A stretch of 64,000 bases of DNA from Macrostomum lignano (Eukaryota): the NCBI GenBank assembly GCA_002269645.1, contig NIVC01000493.1, positions 310,001 to 374,000 on the forward strand, written 5' to 3'. Every line of letters begins with the position of its first letter. The first letter of the stretch is position 1. Shown here one piece after another: positions 48,691 to 60,447 of this stretch. A program made the translations under genes and the position numbers. The notes under the pieces are model-generated. The model was not told the DNA's origin. It was given only the letters and a program-made list of their open reading frames with translations, and ran no database searches.

Positions 48691-50714
48691 GGAGAGGAGA
48701 GAGAAAAAAAGAGAGAAGAGATAAGATAAGAGAGATAAAAGAAAAGAGAGATAAGGGAAGATATGAGAAAAGAGGAGAGAGGAGAGAAAAAAGAGAAAAG
48801 ATGAGAAGAGAGAGATAAGAATAGAGTGATGAAGGATGAGAGGGAAGAAAAGGCTGAAAAGAAACAAAAGAGAAGATAGAAGTTTCAAAGGATCCAAGGA
48901 ACATAGGAAGAGTCAAACTAGTGATGGACTGAATAAAGATTTTTGCAAGTTTCCAAAACCAAATTTGAATCCAAATATCTGAAAATAAGTGAAGGGTAAA
49001 TGGTGGGAGTTACTATGATATTTTCAGTGACGAAAATGCCTCGTCATCTATTAGTAATCATATTAGTACTGTACATTAATTTACTGACAAGATTCAATCT
49101 ATCTTGGGCTATGCTTATTCTATATCTATCTAGCATCTGAATTGAATTGAACTTAGAATTGAACTTAATTCTTATATAGCCAATCTAACTAATTCCAATT
49201 ACTAATACTAACTGACATTACGTTTGTGCAATTTAATAACTTTACTATGTACAGTGCACGCAAAGTCTGTTAGATTGGCATTTTGAAAAAAAAACAAAGT
49301 AATGATTACATTTAAACAATGATTACCTACTAATGTTTTAGAACTTTAGATTGAATGCCTCAAAGGTCCCAAAGTTAAGTAAACTAACTTAATAACACTT
49401 TACACTTAACACTTTAAAATATGTTGCTGCAAAAACTGACAATTGTAAAAATGAATAGTATAATGTTAAATTTTACATTCTCATTTTTTAAATTAACTTT
49501 CCTTTTACAAAAGTAAGGTATTTTTCTTTTATGTTTGCATAATTTTGTTTTGGTTTTTTAATTTTTTCATATTTAGAAGCACATTTGGAAATTCAGAAAA
49601 TAAAATTTCCAAATCCAAAATATTTGGATTTCTAAAAAACTGAGACTTTTTTAGAAATCTGAATATTTGAATCTATCACTAAGTCAAACATAGGCTAGAG
49701 TTTGCCAATACATGTTTTAGAATCAGATAACAAAAATTGTGTGACATTCTGTGTAGCACCCTACCCAAAAAATCAAATGTTTGCCTTAAATTAAATCTTA
49801 ATTTTATATAAATATACTTTATCATATATTTATTTTTATTATACTAATTATTGAAAAGTTTTTGTTTGAGTATAGCCTCATATTTCAGAATACATGCAAA
49901 AATAGTTAGAAAGGGTTGGAATTCCCCAGGTTCAAAATCCACAGGTTTCAACAGCTTGTTTAGATATAAACATAAAAGATCTACTATATAAAATGCCTAT
50001 TGAAAAAAGCAAAAAAAATAGGGGCCTAGTCATTAAATTTGGAAAACATACAAATACAACAAGATTGCTAATATGTAATAATAAATAAACAAAATTAAAT
50101 GAAGCAACACTTTACTGTTTTAGAAAACCTCTGAAATTATAGCTATAGATTTTATACTATTTAAGATTAGCAAAATAATTTTTTACTTGAAACCATAATA
50201 GCTATCACAGAGGGATCTTTTTTTGTAACCAAAATCACTGTTGCCAAAATATCTTATCACCAAACTGACTGTAATCACTTTGAAGGATCTACCTAGCAAG
50301 TAGGATTTACTATGTTTATTATTTATATAATTAAATGATATAGACAATAGACTTATATTATAGTATATGTCATAAATAAAGCTAAATTCAAGACAAATAT
50401 TTAAGGTTTTAATTTTTAAAAACTTGCCAAATAGCATATGATATTATTTTAATTATGAAAGAGTCTGTCTAGAATCTAGAAGACTAGACTAAAACTAAAG
50501 GCTATGGGAAATGTATAAAATCTAGAAGAAAATTGTTAGGCTTTAACAACTTATTTACTTTATTGTTGAAGATATATATTTTCAAATTTAATGAAAATTA
50601 CTTACAGAAATTTAAACCACTTGTGATGATTCTAGGACACAACGAGGCAGTACTAGGCAATGCACAAACTGCCCGCCTTATTGGTCCAATCCAGCAAAGT
50701 GTGTTGCCAACCAT
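44191..50714 (-). CDS. MRPS15: Mitochondrial ribosomal protein S15 (uS15m), 6 exons, 320 aa
   Basis: Exons (-): 50606-50714, 46048-46140, 45887-45956, 45756-45807, 45587-45668, 44191-44747; 963 nt, all GT-AG and phase-compatible. S15 core EIVRLTVRIR...LERNLLAMLDRRRHLIEVLRSEDYAQFLRLVSGLEL. Exon 1 is an Arg/Ser/Thr-rich, acid-free presequence; its assignment is less certain than the rest. Confidence 0.85.
44832..45500. repeat. 30-bp array (AATCCCAAATCCTCATTATTCACCCAATTC), about 22 copies, MRPS15 last intron
   Basis: Read directly. Confidence 0.95.
47424..47527. repeat. Near-perfect hairpin/palindrome, 37-bp arms, in MRPS15 intron 1
   Basis: 47424-47460 is the reverse complement of 47491-47527 with one G:T-type mismatch; the loop contains GTCACGTGAC. 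Confidence 0.9.
47965..48890. repeat. Purine-rich (GA) low-complexity tract
   Basis: Read directly. Confidence 0.9.
48919..49681. mobile_element. hAT-type MITE with 8-bp TSD
   Basis: Termini TAGTGATGG / CTATCACTA; perfect TSD AGTCAAAC at 48911-48918 and 49682-49689. Confidence 0.85.
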
Positions 50715-51629
50715 TATGAAGCAGAAAAGGAAAACGGTAATAAAATTGACGTTCAAAGACAAGGAAAGTAGTCAGGAATTTTTTAGGGATATTTTATAAA
50801 GACGTCTTAACTCTTTATATCAGCCTCAGCCGTTATTTACTTTTGTTGTGCTAGCACTGTGTGGCCCGTTGGTCAACTGATTTTCGCTTCGATTTTAAAT
50901 GTTTTTCTACGAAGTTTTCTACGATTTTTTAATTCAAAAATTTAGCGCATTATGTTTAACAAATAACTAGGCATTACGTTTAACAAATACCACCACTCTA
51001 TTGACTTAAAGCTGAGTTATCATTGAAATAATATTTATATTTCATAAATAATGAAATAATGATTAATATTACTATGTTTATGGGATTCATATCTCAACCA
51101 AGGACGACTTAAGTCGTCCTTGATCTCAACAAGTCTTTTAAATGGTTCTTCAGAGATGTATTAAATATTAAATGTACCGATAGTCTGCAGGCGTACCAGT
51201 CAGTGTACACGGCGACTGGTTGGTTGGTTTGGCATGATTAGTTGCAGAGTGGCCGGGTGGATATAGCGCGCCCAGGAGGCGTTTCCGGGGAGTGTAAGAG
51301 TTTGACTGCACACAAAATATTGACTCCGCCTCGGTTATTACAATTAACAAGGCGGGTCGCGAGCAAAACCCTTAGCTATAGCTGAATCATGATTGAGCAA
51401 ATTTCTCTCGCGCCTCCCGTTCCGTTCGCATTCGATAGCGACAGCCACTGCACTGTACAGCGCTGGGCTGCATAGGGTCTATGTTTAACCTATACATGTA
51501 CTGTGTCACTCCGCGATCTACATGTATGTGTGCACTAACTATACATGTATAGTGCATGTAGTGTGCAATTGAATAATGCCGTTCCCCGCGTGGGAGGCCA
51601 GTTGCGTAACTTGCAGTTGCGATCTGAGA

Positions 51630-51845
51630 AAACTCTCCCTCTGTCACTCTACTTCTCTGTCAATCTCCTCTCTGTTGCTCTCACTGTCACTCTCCCCTCT
51701 CACCTTCTCTCTCTCACACTCTCTCCGCATCTTTCGCTCTCTACCTTTCTCCTATTTCCACCCCCACTCTCCCCTCTGTCACTCTCCCTCTCTGTCACTT
51801 TCTCCTTCACTCTCCCCTCTGTCACTCTCCCTATATGTCACTGTC
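51630..51845. repeat. Pyrimidine-rich low-complexity tract (CTCTGTCACT motif)
   Basis: Read directly. Confidence 0.75.
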
Positions 51846-52465
51846 TATTTTCCCAGTTTAATTGTGGACTTGAAAAAGCATAAAACAGACATACGTCAGC
51901 ATCATCATAGTAAAACTAAAAAAGATTCCGTAACCAAATACGAATCCGGAACTCGAAAAAACCCTAAAGAGAGATTTGTGCAGTTGATGTGCAGAATCAA
52001 CTACTGTATCTATCTATTTATGATACTCATAAAAGTAGAGGGTAAAACAAAAATAACGTATTTTTTTAAAAAGTAATAAAAAAGTCGAAGAGTCGAACAA
52101 GTTGGCAATTTCATTTTTAGTTTATCATTATTAATTAATTAATTAGTACCTCCTGTCTGAGAATAGCGGAGATTGTGACGAGTGCTTCAACGAATTCAAT
52201 CAATTAAATAGTAAAGGCGGCATAGTGCAAAGAAATTAATTTTTTAATTTTGAATTGCTTAAATGAATTGTAATTTTTTCGCCGCTTGCGTTCATTGGTT
52301 GCAAATGCTCGGATCCTTGCAAAGCATATTAGACAGATTTTGAATAAATTATTTCATTTTGTGAAAAATTCACTAAAATCTATTCACCGTCAAAAAGAGC
52401 AATAAAAGTCTTGAATTCATTTGATTGGTTTATTGTGCACTCAGCATCCGTCAAATTGAACGAAA

Positions 52466-53060
52466 GGGCGCCAGTAGGACAAGGAGGGCGTCATATTAGG
52501 ACAAGTGAGGCGCCAGTAGGACAAGGAGGGCGTCACATTAGGACAAGTGAGGCGCCAGTAGGACAAGGAGGGCGTCACATTAGGACAAGTGAGGCGCCAG
52601 TAGGACAAGGAGGGCGTCACATTAGGACAAGTGAGGCGCCAGTAGGACAAGGAGGGCGTCACATTAGGACAAGTGAGGCGCCAATAGGACAAGGAGGGCG
52701 TCACATTAGGACAAGTGAGGCGCCAGTAGGACAAGGAGGGCGTCACATTAGGACAAGTGAGGCGCCAGTAGGACAAGGAGGGCGTCACATTAGGACAAGT
52801 GAGGCGCCAGTAGGACAAGGAGGGCGTCACATTAGGACAAGTGAGGCGCCAGTAGGACAAGTGAGGCGCCAGTAGGACAAGTGAGGCGCCAGTAGGACAA
52901 GTGAGGCGCCAGTAGGACAAGTGAGGCGCCAGTAGGACAAGTGAGGCGCCAATAGGACAAGTGATGCGCCAGTAGGACAAGTGAGGCGCCAGTAGGACAA
53001 GTGAGGCGCCAGTAGGACAAGTGAGGCGCCAGTAGGACAAGTGAGGCGCCAGTAGGACAA
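52466..53060. repeat. 42-bp dimeric array (about 9 copies) switching to a 20-bp monomer array (GTGAGGCGCCAGTAGGACAA, about 11 copies)
   Basis: Read directly; the switch occurs near 52840. Confidence 0.95.
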
Positions 53061-53599
53061 GGGGGGTAGAACAGTCGGGGGTGCAGTGTGACGTTGCTCA
53101 CGCCACAAATGAACTCACTGCAAGTACTTCCCGACCCTGAATTGCCCGGGTTGAAATCTGCAGCCTGAAATAAAACTCGATTTTTTGCAAAAAAGCAGAA
53201 AAACGAAAATGAATAGACAATGCATTTCATTTTTTATTTATCCTAACTGTGCCTGCAGGGACCACACTGAAAGAAAGCAAGCAATTCCATTCATTAGCTC
53301 GCCCACATCAATGGCAGGAACTATAATTAGCACACGCATATTTGTCTGCTTCAAAGTCGCCCAGCAAAAGCCAGTCATGACTGATTGTTGCAGGCTGACT
53401 AGCGATCAAAGGGGCGCCCCAATCAGTTGAAAATGAGACCCCTGATTTTGAATTGAAGCGTTTATTGAACTCGTTAAAATATCTTGACCATCGGCTCCTT
53501 CATTAGCTATGCTGTTTTAATTAATGTATAAGATAATTGAAAGCACTGCCTGTTAGTCATGCGATCATGCTGGTTTTTAAAGGGATTTCTATAGCACAT

Positions 53600-54850
53600 C
53601 CTTAGTTTCGATCCCAGATCCACATATTGAATATCAGATCCTTGATTTAGATCCCAACAGATCCTCAGTTTAGATCCCAGATCGTCAGTTTAGATCCCAG
53701 ATCCTCAATTTAGATTCCATATTCTCTTATTGAATATCAGATCCTTGATTTAGATCCCAAATACTCATTTTTTATTTCAGATCCTCAGTTTGGATCCCAG
53801 ATTCTCCATTTAGATGCCAAATCCTCAGTTTATATATCATATTCTCATATTGAATACATGTATCAGATCCTCGATTTAGATCCGAGATCCTCAGTTTAGA
53901 TCCAAGATCCTCAGTTTCGATCCGAGATCCTCAGTTTAGATCCAAGATCCTCAGTTTCGATCCAAGATCCTCTGTTTAGATCCGAGATCCTCAGTTTAGA
54001 TCCAAGATCCTCAGTTTCGATCCAAGATCCTCTGTTTAGATCCCAGATACTCAGTTTAGATTCCAGATCCTCATTTTAGATCCCTGTAGATCCTCAGTTT
54101 AGATCCCTGCAGATCCTGAGTTTAGATCCCTGCAGATCCTCAGTTTAGATCCCTGCAGATCCTCAGTTTAGATCCCTGCAGATCCTCAGTTTAGATCCCT
54201 GCAGATCCTCAGTTTAGATCCCTGCAGATCCTCAGTTTAGATCCCTGCAGATCCTGAGTTTAGATCCCTGCAGATCCTCAGTTTAGATCCCTGCAGATCC
54301 TCAGTTAGATCCCTGCAGATCCTCAGTTTAGATCCCTGCAGATCCTCAGTTTAGATCCCTGCAGATCCTGAGTTTAGATCCCTGCAGATCCTGAGTTTAG
54401 ATCCCTGCAGATCATCAGTTTAGATCCCTGCAGATCCTCAGTTTAGATCCCTGCAGATCCTCAGTTTAGATCCCTGCAGATCCTCAGTTTAGATCCCTGC
54501 AGATCCTCAGTTTAGATCCCTGCAGATCCTCAGTTTAGATCCCTGCAGATCCTCAGTTTAGATCCCTGCAGATCCTCAGTTTAGATCCCTGCAGATCCTC
54601 AGTTTAGATCCCTGCAGATCCTCAGTTTAGATCCCTGCAGATCCTCAGTTTAGATCCCTGCAGATCCTCAGTTTAGATCCCTGCAGATCCTCAGTTTAGA
54701 TCCCTGCAGATCCTCAGTTTAGATCCCTGCAGATCCTCAGTTTAGATCCCTGCAGATCCTCAGTTTAGATCCCTGCAGATCCTGAGTTTAGATCCCTGCA
54801 GATCCTGAGTTTAGATCCCTGCAGATCTTTAGTTTAGATCCCAGATCCTC
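53600..54850. repeat. Array grading from degenerate ~20-bp units into a homogeneous 23-bp unit (GATCCCTGCAGATCCTCAGTTTA)
   Basis: Read directly; homogeneous from about 54085. Confidence 0.93.
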
Positions 54851-55251
54851 ATTTCTTGCAGTTTTTCAGACAGGAATTCCAGGTAGCTGTGTTTACCTGC
54901 AAATTCGGATTTTTGTCGCTCAAAGCGACAGCTCAGGTGGTACCGGGCTGCTAATAAGGCGGCATGTCGCAGGTGTCAACACCGTGTGGACAAATATGTT
55001 TTGCATTTACAAGTACATCAGAAGCGTAATTGAAACTGATTTTTCCCATATTTGTAGAGATTTTATTGACATAAAAAGCTTTTCAGATTCCAACCAGCTG
55101 ATAGCGTGGAAAAAAGAAAAGGAAAGGGAATTTTTCGGAAAATCTCTTTAAATAAACCTGCTAGGCTCAGCTGCTTCTGTGCCTTCGCAATCTTTGATTT
55201 TAAGGGCCGTTTTCTTTTGCTTGGTCCGCAGCATTCGCTAGAAGTAGACGG

Positions 55252-55605
55252 AGGACCACTAGTGGTAAGGAGACTGAGTCTGAGGACCACCAGTGGTAAG
55301 GAGACTGAGTCTGAGGACCACTAGTGGTAAGGAGACTGAGTCTGAGGACCACCAGCGGTAAAAAGACTCTGAGTCTGAGGACCACCAGTGGTAAGGAGAC
55401 TCTGAGTCTGAGGACCACCAGTGGTAAGGAGACTCTGAGTCTGAGGACCACCAGCGGTAAGGAGACTGAGTCTGAGGACCACCAGCGGTAAGGAGACTGA
55501 GTCTGAGGACCACCAGCGGTAAGGAGACTGAGTCTGAGGAACACCAGTGGTAAGAAGACTCTGAGTCTGAGGACCACCAGCGGTAAGGAGACTGAGTCTG
55601 AGGAC
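55252..55605. repeat. 31/33-bp array (GAGGACCACCAGTGGTAAGGAGACTGAGTCT), about 11 copies
   Basis: Read directly. Confidence 0.92.
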
Positions 55606-57307
55606 TCCTAAGCCATTGTTTTAAATGTAATTCAATCTCAATGCATATTAGTTTCTACATACATACACAGTTAGTGCATACAACTTTGGGCTTATGGAGT
55701 ACAAAGAAAACAAAGAAAAATGAAATGCTAGCTACACAGCTATTATAAAACACTAGAGTAACATGTTGCGCATGCTAAATTAAAAGAATGGAATCTTCAC
55801 TGCCCCAGAGAGAGTTTGCCCTGCTGCCGTCTGCCTCGAGGCCCAAAGCCTACAGAAAGATAAAAAAACTGCGCTAAAAATTGCTTTTCAGCCAGCAGGT
55901 TGAAGGTATAACTCGAACACAGAGCATTGAGCACAGGACAATGGAAGTTGAAGAGTAATGGTGAATGCTTCCACCACTAGAGCAAGGCAAATGTGAAAGC
56001 CAAATTGTCAGTCTAAAGCGTGGGCTTGCCTATTGAGCACAATCTGCTTTTATTCGCAAGCATTTCAGACTATTTGTGTTGCCATCTTACATAAATCTGA
56101 TTAAAAATGTTCACAGCTGCAGAGATGAAAACTATTGAAAAGTTTCATGAAATTCAAACAAAACAGGTGTCATTACAGAATTACAGAATTGTGTTTAAAA
56201 GTGCTTCTATTTCCAAATGCATATGCTCAATGGTTGACATCCTCGAGATGCATTGCTGGTCGTACGTTTGAAAAGCAAGCAGCTCAGGTAACCATCTTTT
56301 TGCCAGAAAAATGGATTAATTTTTTTTATAATTTTCACAATCCAATTCAGAGATGTCTGATTTGAAACAAACTTGATCACCTCAAAAAAGCTCTAGCCCC
56401 GCCCTTAAGCTGCTAATTAAGGCGGAACAGCTACATGTAGCCTAGAGCTAATTACAAGTACCTAATTAAAAATCTCTTTAAGCACGTCTGCTTCTGCACG
56501 ATTGCCGTGGGATCCAGAGACTTCGCGGGGGCCAGCTTAGGAAGCGTTGATCGTCCACAAACACAACTGGAGAAATGCTTTCAATTAGAGCAATGAGTCT
56601 ATTAGTAATTAATAATAGCACAGCAACTGAACTTTCTTTTTGTGGAGAAGTACCCTTGCACTAATGCGAGTGTTCATTTCTTAATAAAGAAAAATTTCAA
56701 ACAGAAAATTTGTTCCTATGGGATGGTTGAATGCTTGGTCCTTGATGACCTTTTATTGCTCAGATTGTGATTACTTGAATGACGCTCGTTATGGTCAGAA
56801 AATTCAACCATTTTTAGGAGCGTAGCACAATACTCGTATATGCCTCAATAGAATTCTTCCTATTTGCAATTGATTTTGCCAGACGCGAGCAAGCGAATGG
56901 GGAAAGAGAATTTTCTGGGCTTCATAGTCTATGGCAAAATGAATCAGACATTGTCGCTAGTCAGTGCCTTTAGATAATGGGGGGTTGTCTGGAAGTGAGA
57001 ATTTGTGGTAATGGCTATAGACACGAGCGGCGACAACCATAGACTATTTTATTTTACGCTCATAGACTCATTCGCTTTCTAAAATGATATCCCGGTAAAT
57101 TGCTTTATTGTCAATTTAAAACAATGACCGGTCATTGTTTGAATGTCATTGCCTTAACGTAAATTACCATAGACATTTTGAACAATGTCCACAACTTTTT
57201 TAGAAAAAAACTGCATACCACACAGTAACAATACAATACGAGCGTACAATGCAACAATGCACAGTAACAAAAAGGTGACAAGAAACAATAAGAAATACAA
57301 TCAAATT

Positions 57308-58290
57308 TCAAATTTCAAGAGGGCTAAAGTCTCTTGAAATATTTTGGCTTGTAGAGTCAGTTGCACATGAATTCTCACAGACTGCATTGGTTGAACGTGC
57401 TGTTTTGAATGACGAAGATGTTCTTGCCATTTGGATGAACGTTTGCGAAGTTGACCGCCCACTGGACCGTTGAGCTCTGGATGTTGACTGGGCAGACGCT
57501 TGTGTTGACTGCTGGGCCATCTGTTGTACTGGCTGATGGGCGCTCGCTCCTAATAACATGGCCATCTGAATCCGGTGTAGGTTTTTCTCCATGTCCAGTA
57601 CTTTGCTTTCGGCGTCGCTGCACTTCTTTAGCAGCTTGTCACGTCTGATTGAGAGATATCGGCGAACGGTCTTTTCGCACTTCCGGCCGGTTATCGCCAT
57701 GATGTCGGTCCTGGAATGTCCAGCTGCTTCTAAGTCGCTCACCCTGCTGACTCGTAGCAACCACCAATCCAGTTATAATGGGCAGAAGGTATCGCACAAT
57801 TGTAAGCATCATGAGGCTATACGTTTGGGCAAAGGGGTTTACCTGATGCAGTGCATGGTTGGTGTACACTTTGGATAGCTTGGCCTTTCCACTCAGAGTC
57901 TTCATGAAGTTGATGAGGTAGTTTACGCCTCTCTTCTGCTCAGCACAAAACCGCCGTGCTCCAGTCGGCGAATTTCTTAGCGGTCTTGGGAACAGGGAAG
58001 TGTCCTTTGTTTCACCAGGCAGGAGAGACAAATACTCGTCTATAATTGCTGTGTCATATTTCCTGGCCTGCTTGATTTCGACGTCACTTTTGGCTTTCGC
58101 CTGATCAGCTGCCCTGTTCTTTGTCCTTCCAAGTTACATCCTTCCTTCAGAGTCGCCTTTTTTCAAAAAAAAAACCTTTATCTCCAAGCTCGACAGGTGC
58201 TCTCTGCCCCGTTTTCCCAGTCCGTACAGCAGCCGAATGCCGTACGAGTTGTGATCCCATTTTGAGCTTCTTGTGATGCTGGTGCTTGTC
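57308..58290 (-). pseudogene. Degenerate Crypton-type tyrosine recombinase
   Basis: Frame-broken motifs in the expected order: YGLGKRGRE (catalytic R), GRTKN (K), GVNYLINFMKTLSGKAKLSKVYTNH...LRVSRVSDL (HxxR split by ~100 bp), IMAITGRKCEKTVRRY (H replaced by R; Y present). Confidence 0.8.
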
Positions 58291-58784
58291 TATGGCTAGG
58301 ACCAAAAAATCGAGCTTTTGGCGATCCAGTTATATTATTCATCCATGGAAACGCCAACTCGTCCTGCTCCATGATGCTTTTCTAGCTAGCTCGTAGTAGG
58401 GTTATTAGAGAGCTTTCATTTTCTCAATCCTCTCTCTCACCTCTGTGCCTTTCTTCTTTGAAAACATAGTCAATGGCCAAAAACTATGATAAGCAGCCTA
58501 TGGCCATACAATTTCAACCAAATATTTTGTCTATGGTACTTCCGAGCGACAAAAAAATCATTGTCATTAACTTAATCAATGCAAGAAATTTGCGGGTAAC
58601 AATGTGAAAATTTGCGGGCACTATGTTAGAGATAGGCAGGAAGTTGAGAAAGTCTATGGTCGAAGGCTATTTTTTTCGGTGGATGGGGCAAATCTTTGTG
58701 CCATAGACTAAACACTGTCTATGGCCGCGTTTTGAAGCAACGATTCTAGAAAGTTATGTCTGTCTAATCAACTACTGACTAAGA

Positions 58785-59277
58785 ATGTTGAACTATGCGA
58801 ATCTGCCCGACCAACTTATCAGCGGTCTGTCAACAGAGGAGTTGAATTGGGTGTCGTCAGAGTCAGCAACCCGCTATTTGGAAGAATTGAGTGGCGTGTT
58901 CGCTCGACAACTAGACCCTGAAGAGATTCAGGACCTAAGCGAAGATCAGGACCATCGCGGTTAACACCGGCCACAAGAATTCAGCGAGCGTAGAGCGCTA
59001 TACGCGAGTGAGGCGCGATGCCGACTTCCGTGCGATGTCATTAGCGCTGAGCGTCGAGACAAGCGCCTCCCAGGTCTCTATCCGTCGTGTTGGTCAGGAT
59101 GGTGAAGTGGCGATCAGTGAGACAAGGGCTATTGAAACCAAGTATGGAGAACGGCAATCAGAGCCGGCTGCAATCGTCGTGAACTTCAACGGGACCTTCC
59201 AGAATTGCACGTTTAATCTAACTGGATCGTTGGTAAGCAGTAGCTTGGAAAAAGTAAAACGTCGTCTGATTGAATGA
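58785..59277 (+). pseudogene. Internally deleted Crypton: N-terminal stub fused to the recombinase C-terminus
   Basis: MLNYANLPDQLISGLSTEEL... stub, then out of frame IAVNTGHKNSASVERYTRVRRDADFRAMSLALS...FNGTFQNCTFN. This carries the catalytic H and Y and the typical Crypton/DUF3504 tail. Confidence 0.7.
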
Positions 59278-60189
59278 ACTAAACTAACAAGCCGAAAATT
59301 GTTGTGTTACTGTTACGAAATTATAAAAGTACGAAAGCGTAAAAGAAAACAAAATCATAATAATCCTATAAAATTATAATTTCTTTTCAAATATAAAAGC
59401 ATACTTGGTTGGAACTTGTTTTACCATAGACTACGAAAATTCGAGACGAAATTTCATTCATTGATACCCCGAAAAGGGACACTTGAGCTAAGAAAAGTTA
59501 ATGACAATCTTATTAACATAGAATTTTGCTAGTTGTCAATGTGGAATTTCGAGGGCGCAATGGCGCGGCGTGGCTAGAGCAACGACTCGATTGTCAGAGA
59601 TTGATCAATGCTTTTAATCGCGCCGCCGAGGACTGGATTTTGTTGGCCAATCAGCTGGGAATATAGCGCCAAACAGCCGACAACATCATTAAGAGATTTC
59701 AAGAGGCGGGCTGAGTTGAAACGCAGCCAAAAGGAGGCAACCAGTTGAAGGTGGTACAAACATGTGGGAGGCGCTGTTGAACAGGCTCTTCTAGTTCAGA
59801 CTCTTCTACACTCTTATAGCTGCTGATGCGTGTTGCGGAACTTTAGTCCAAGGCTGATTGGACCTCTGAAGTTTAAGCAGAGTCCATGAAGTCTGAGTAG
59901 CTCTCTCATAAACTGTAGTTGACTGCTTTAAATTTGCTTCTATAAAGCTCTGTGGTAGGGTATTTCGTATTTTTTACAGCCAGATATTTTCTCTCAAGCA
60001 TGCTGCTGCAAAACTTTTGTCCAGCGCACTATATGGTTTAAAATTAGTGGGCATTATTTAAATGATTAAGAAACTAAGGAACTACTCATATTTTTTCTCT
60101 TAGATGGCTAAGGAAACTGTTTTAATCATGCAAAAAATGATCGTCAGTTTCTGTCACAGACTAAATTCTCGGATGCAGGAACTTTTGAA

Positions 60190-60413
60190 GGCCCGAGAGC
60201 ATACCGCTGCTCGACCGGTACCTTAAGGACACGGGACAAGCTGAGTTCTTCCCCGCTGCCGGTGAGGAGGACCGTGCTGCAGGCGAGACCGACGGGTCCC
60301 CCTAAGCGACATCACTTCGATGGAAGTCATTGGTCGCCAGGGGCTAGCAAAATGGACGGTCTCCTCCATCCGCCGGACGATGCCTCCTGCAGCTAAGTCA
60401 AGTAAGTCAAGTC
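60190..60413 (+). mobile_element. Possible 3' end of a non-LTR retrotransposon
   Basis: GC-rich patch with PLLDRYLKDTG in one frame, ending in a short (AAGTC)n tail at 60395-60413; weak evidence. Confidence 0.25.
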
Positions 60414-60447
60414 AAATTCACGGATGCATATTTACATATAGCTACAC

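Noticed and set aside
48048-48916. Very hydrophobic Leu/Ser/Phe ORFs suggesting membrane proteins
   Set aside because: Translation of a GA/CT low-complexity tract in an MRPS15 intron.
55800-56000. WWK...LC...AEKQF fragments on the minus strand resembling a hAT dimerisation domain
   Set aside because: Needs several frameshifts and I found no TIR or TSD; too weak without an HMM search.
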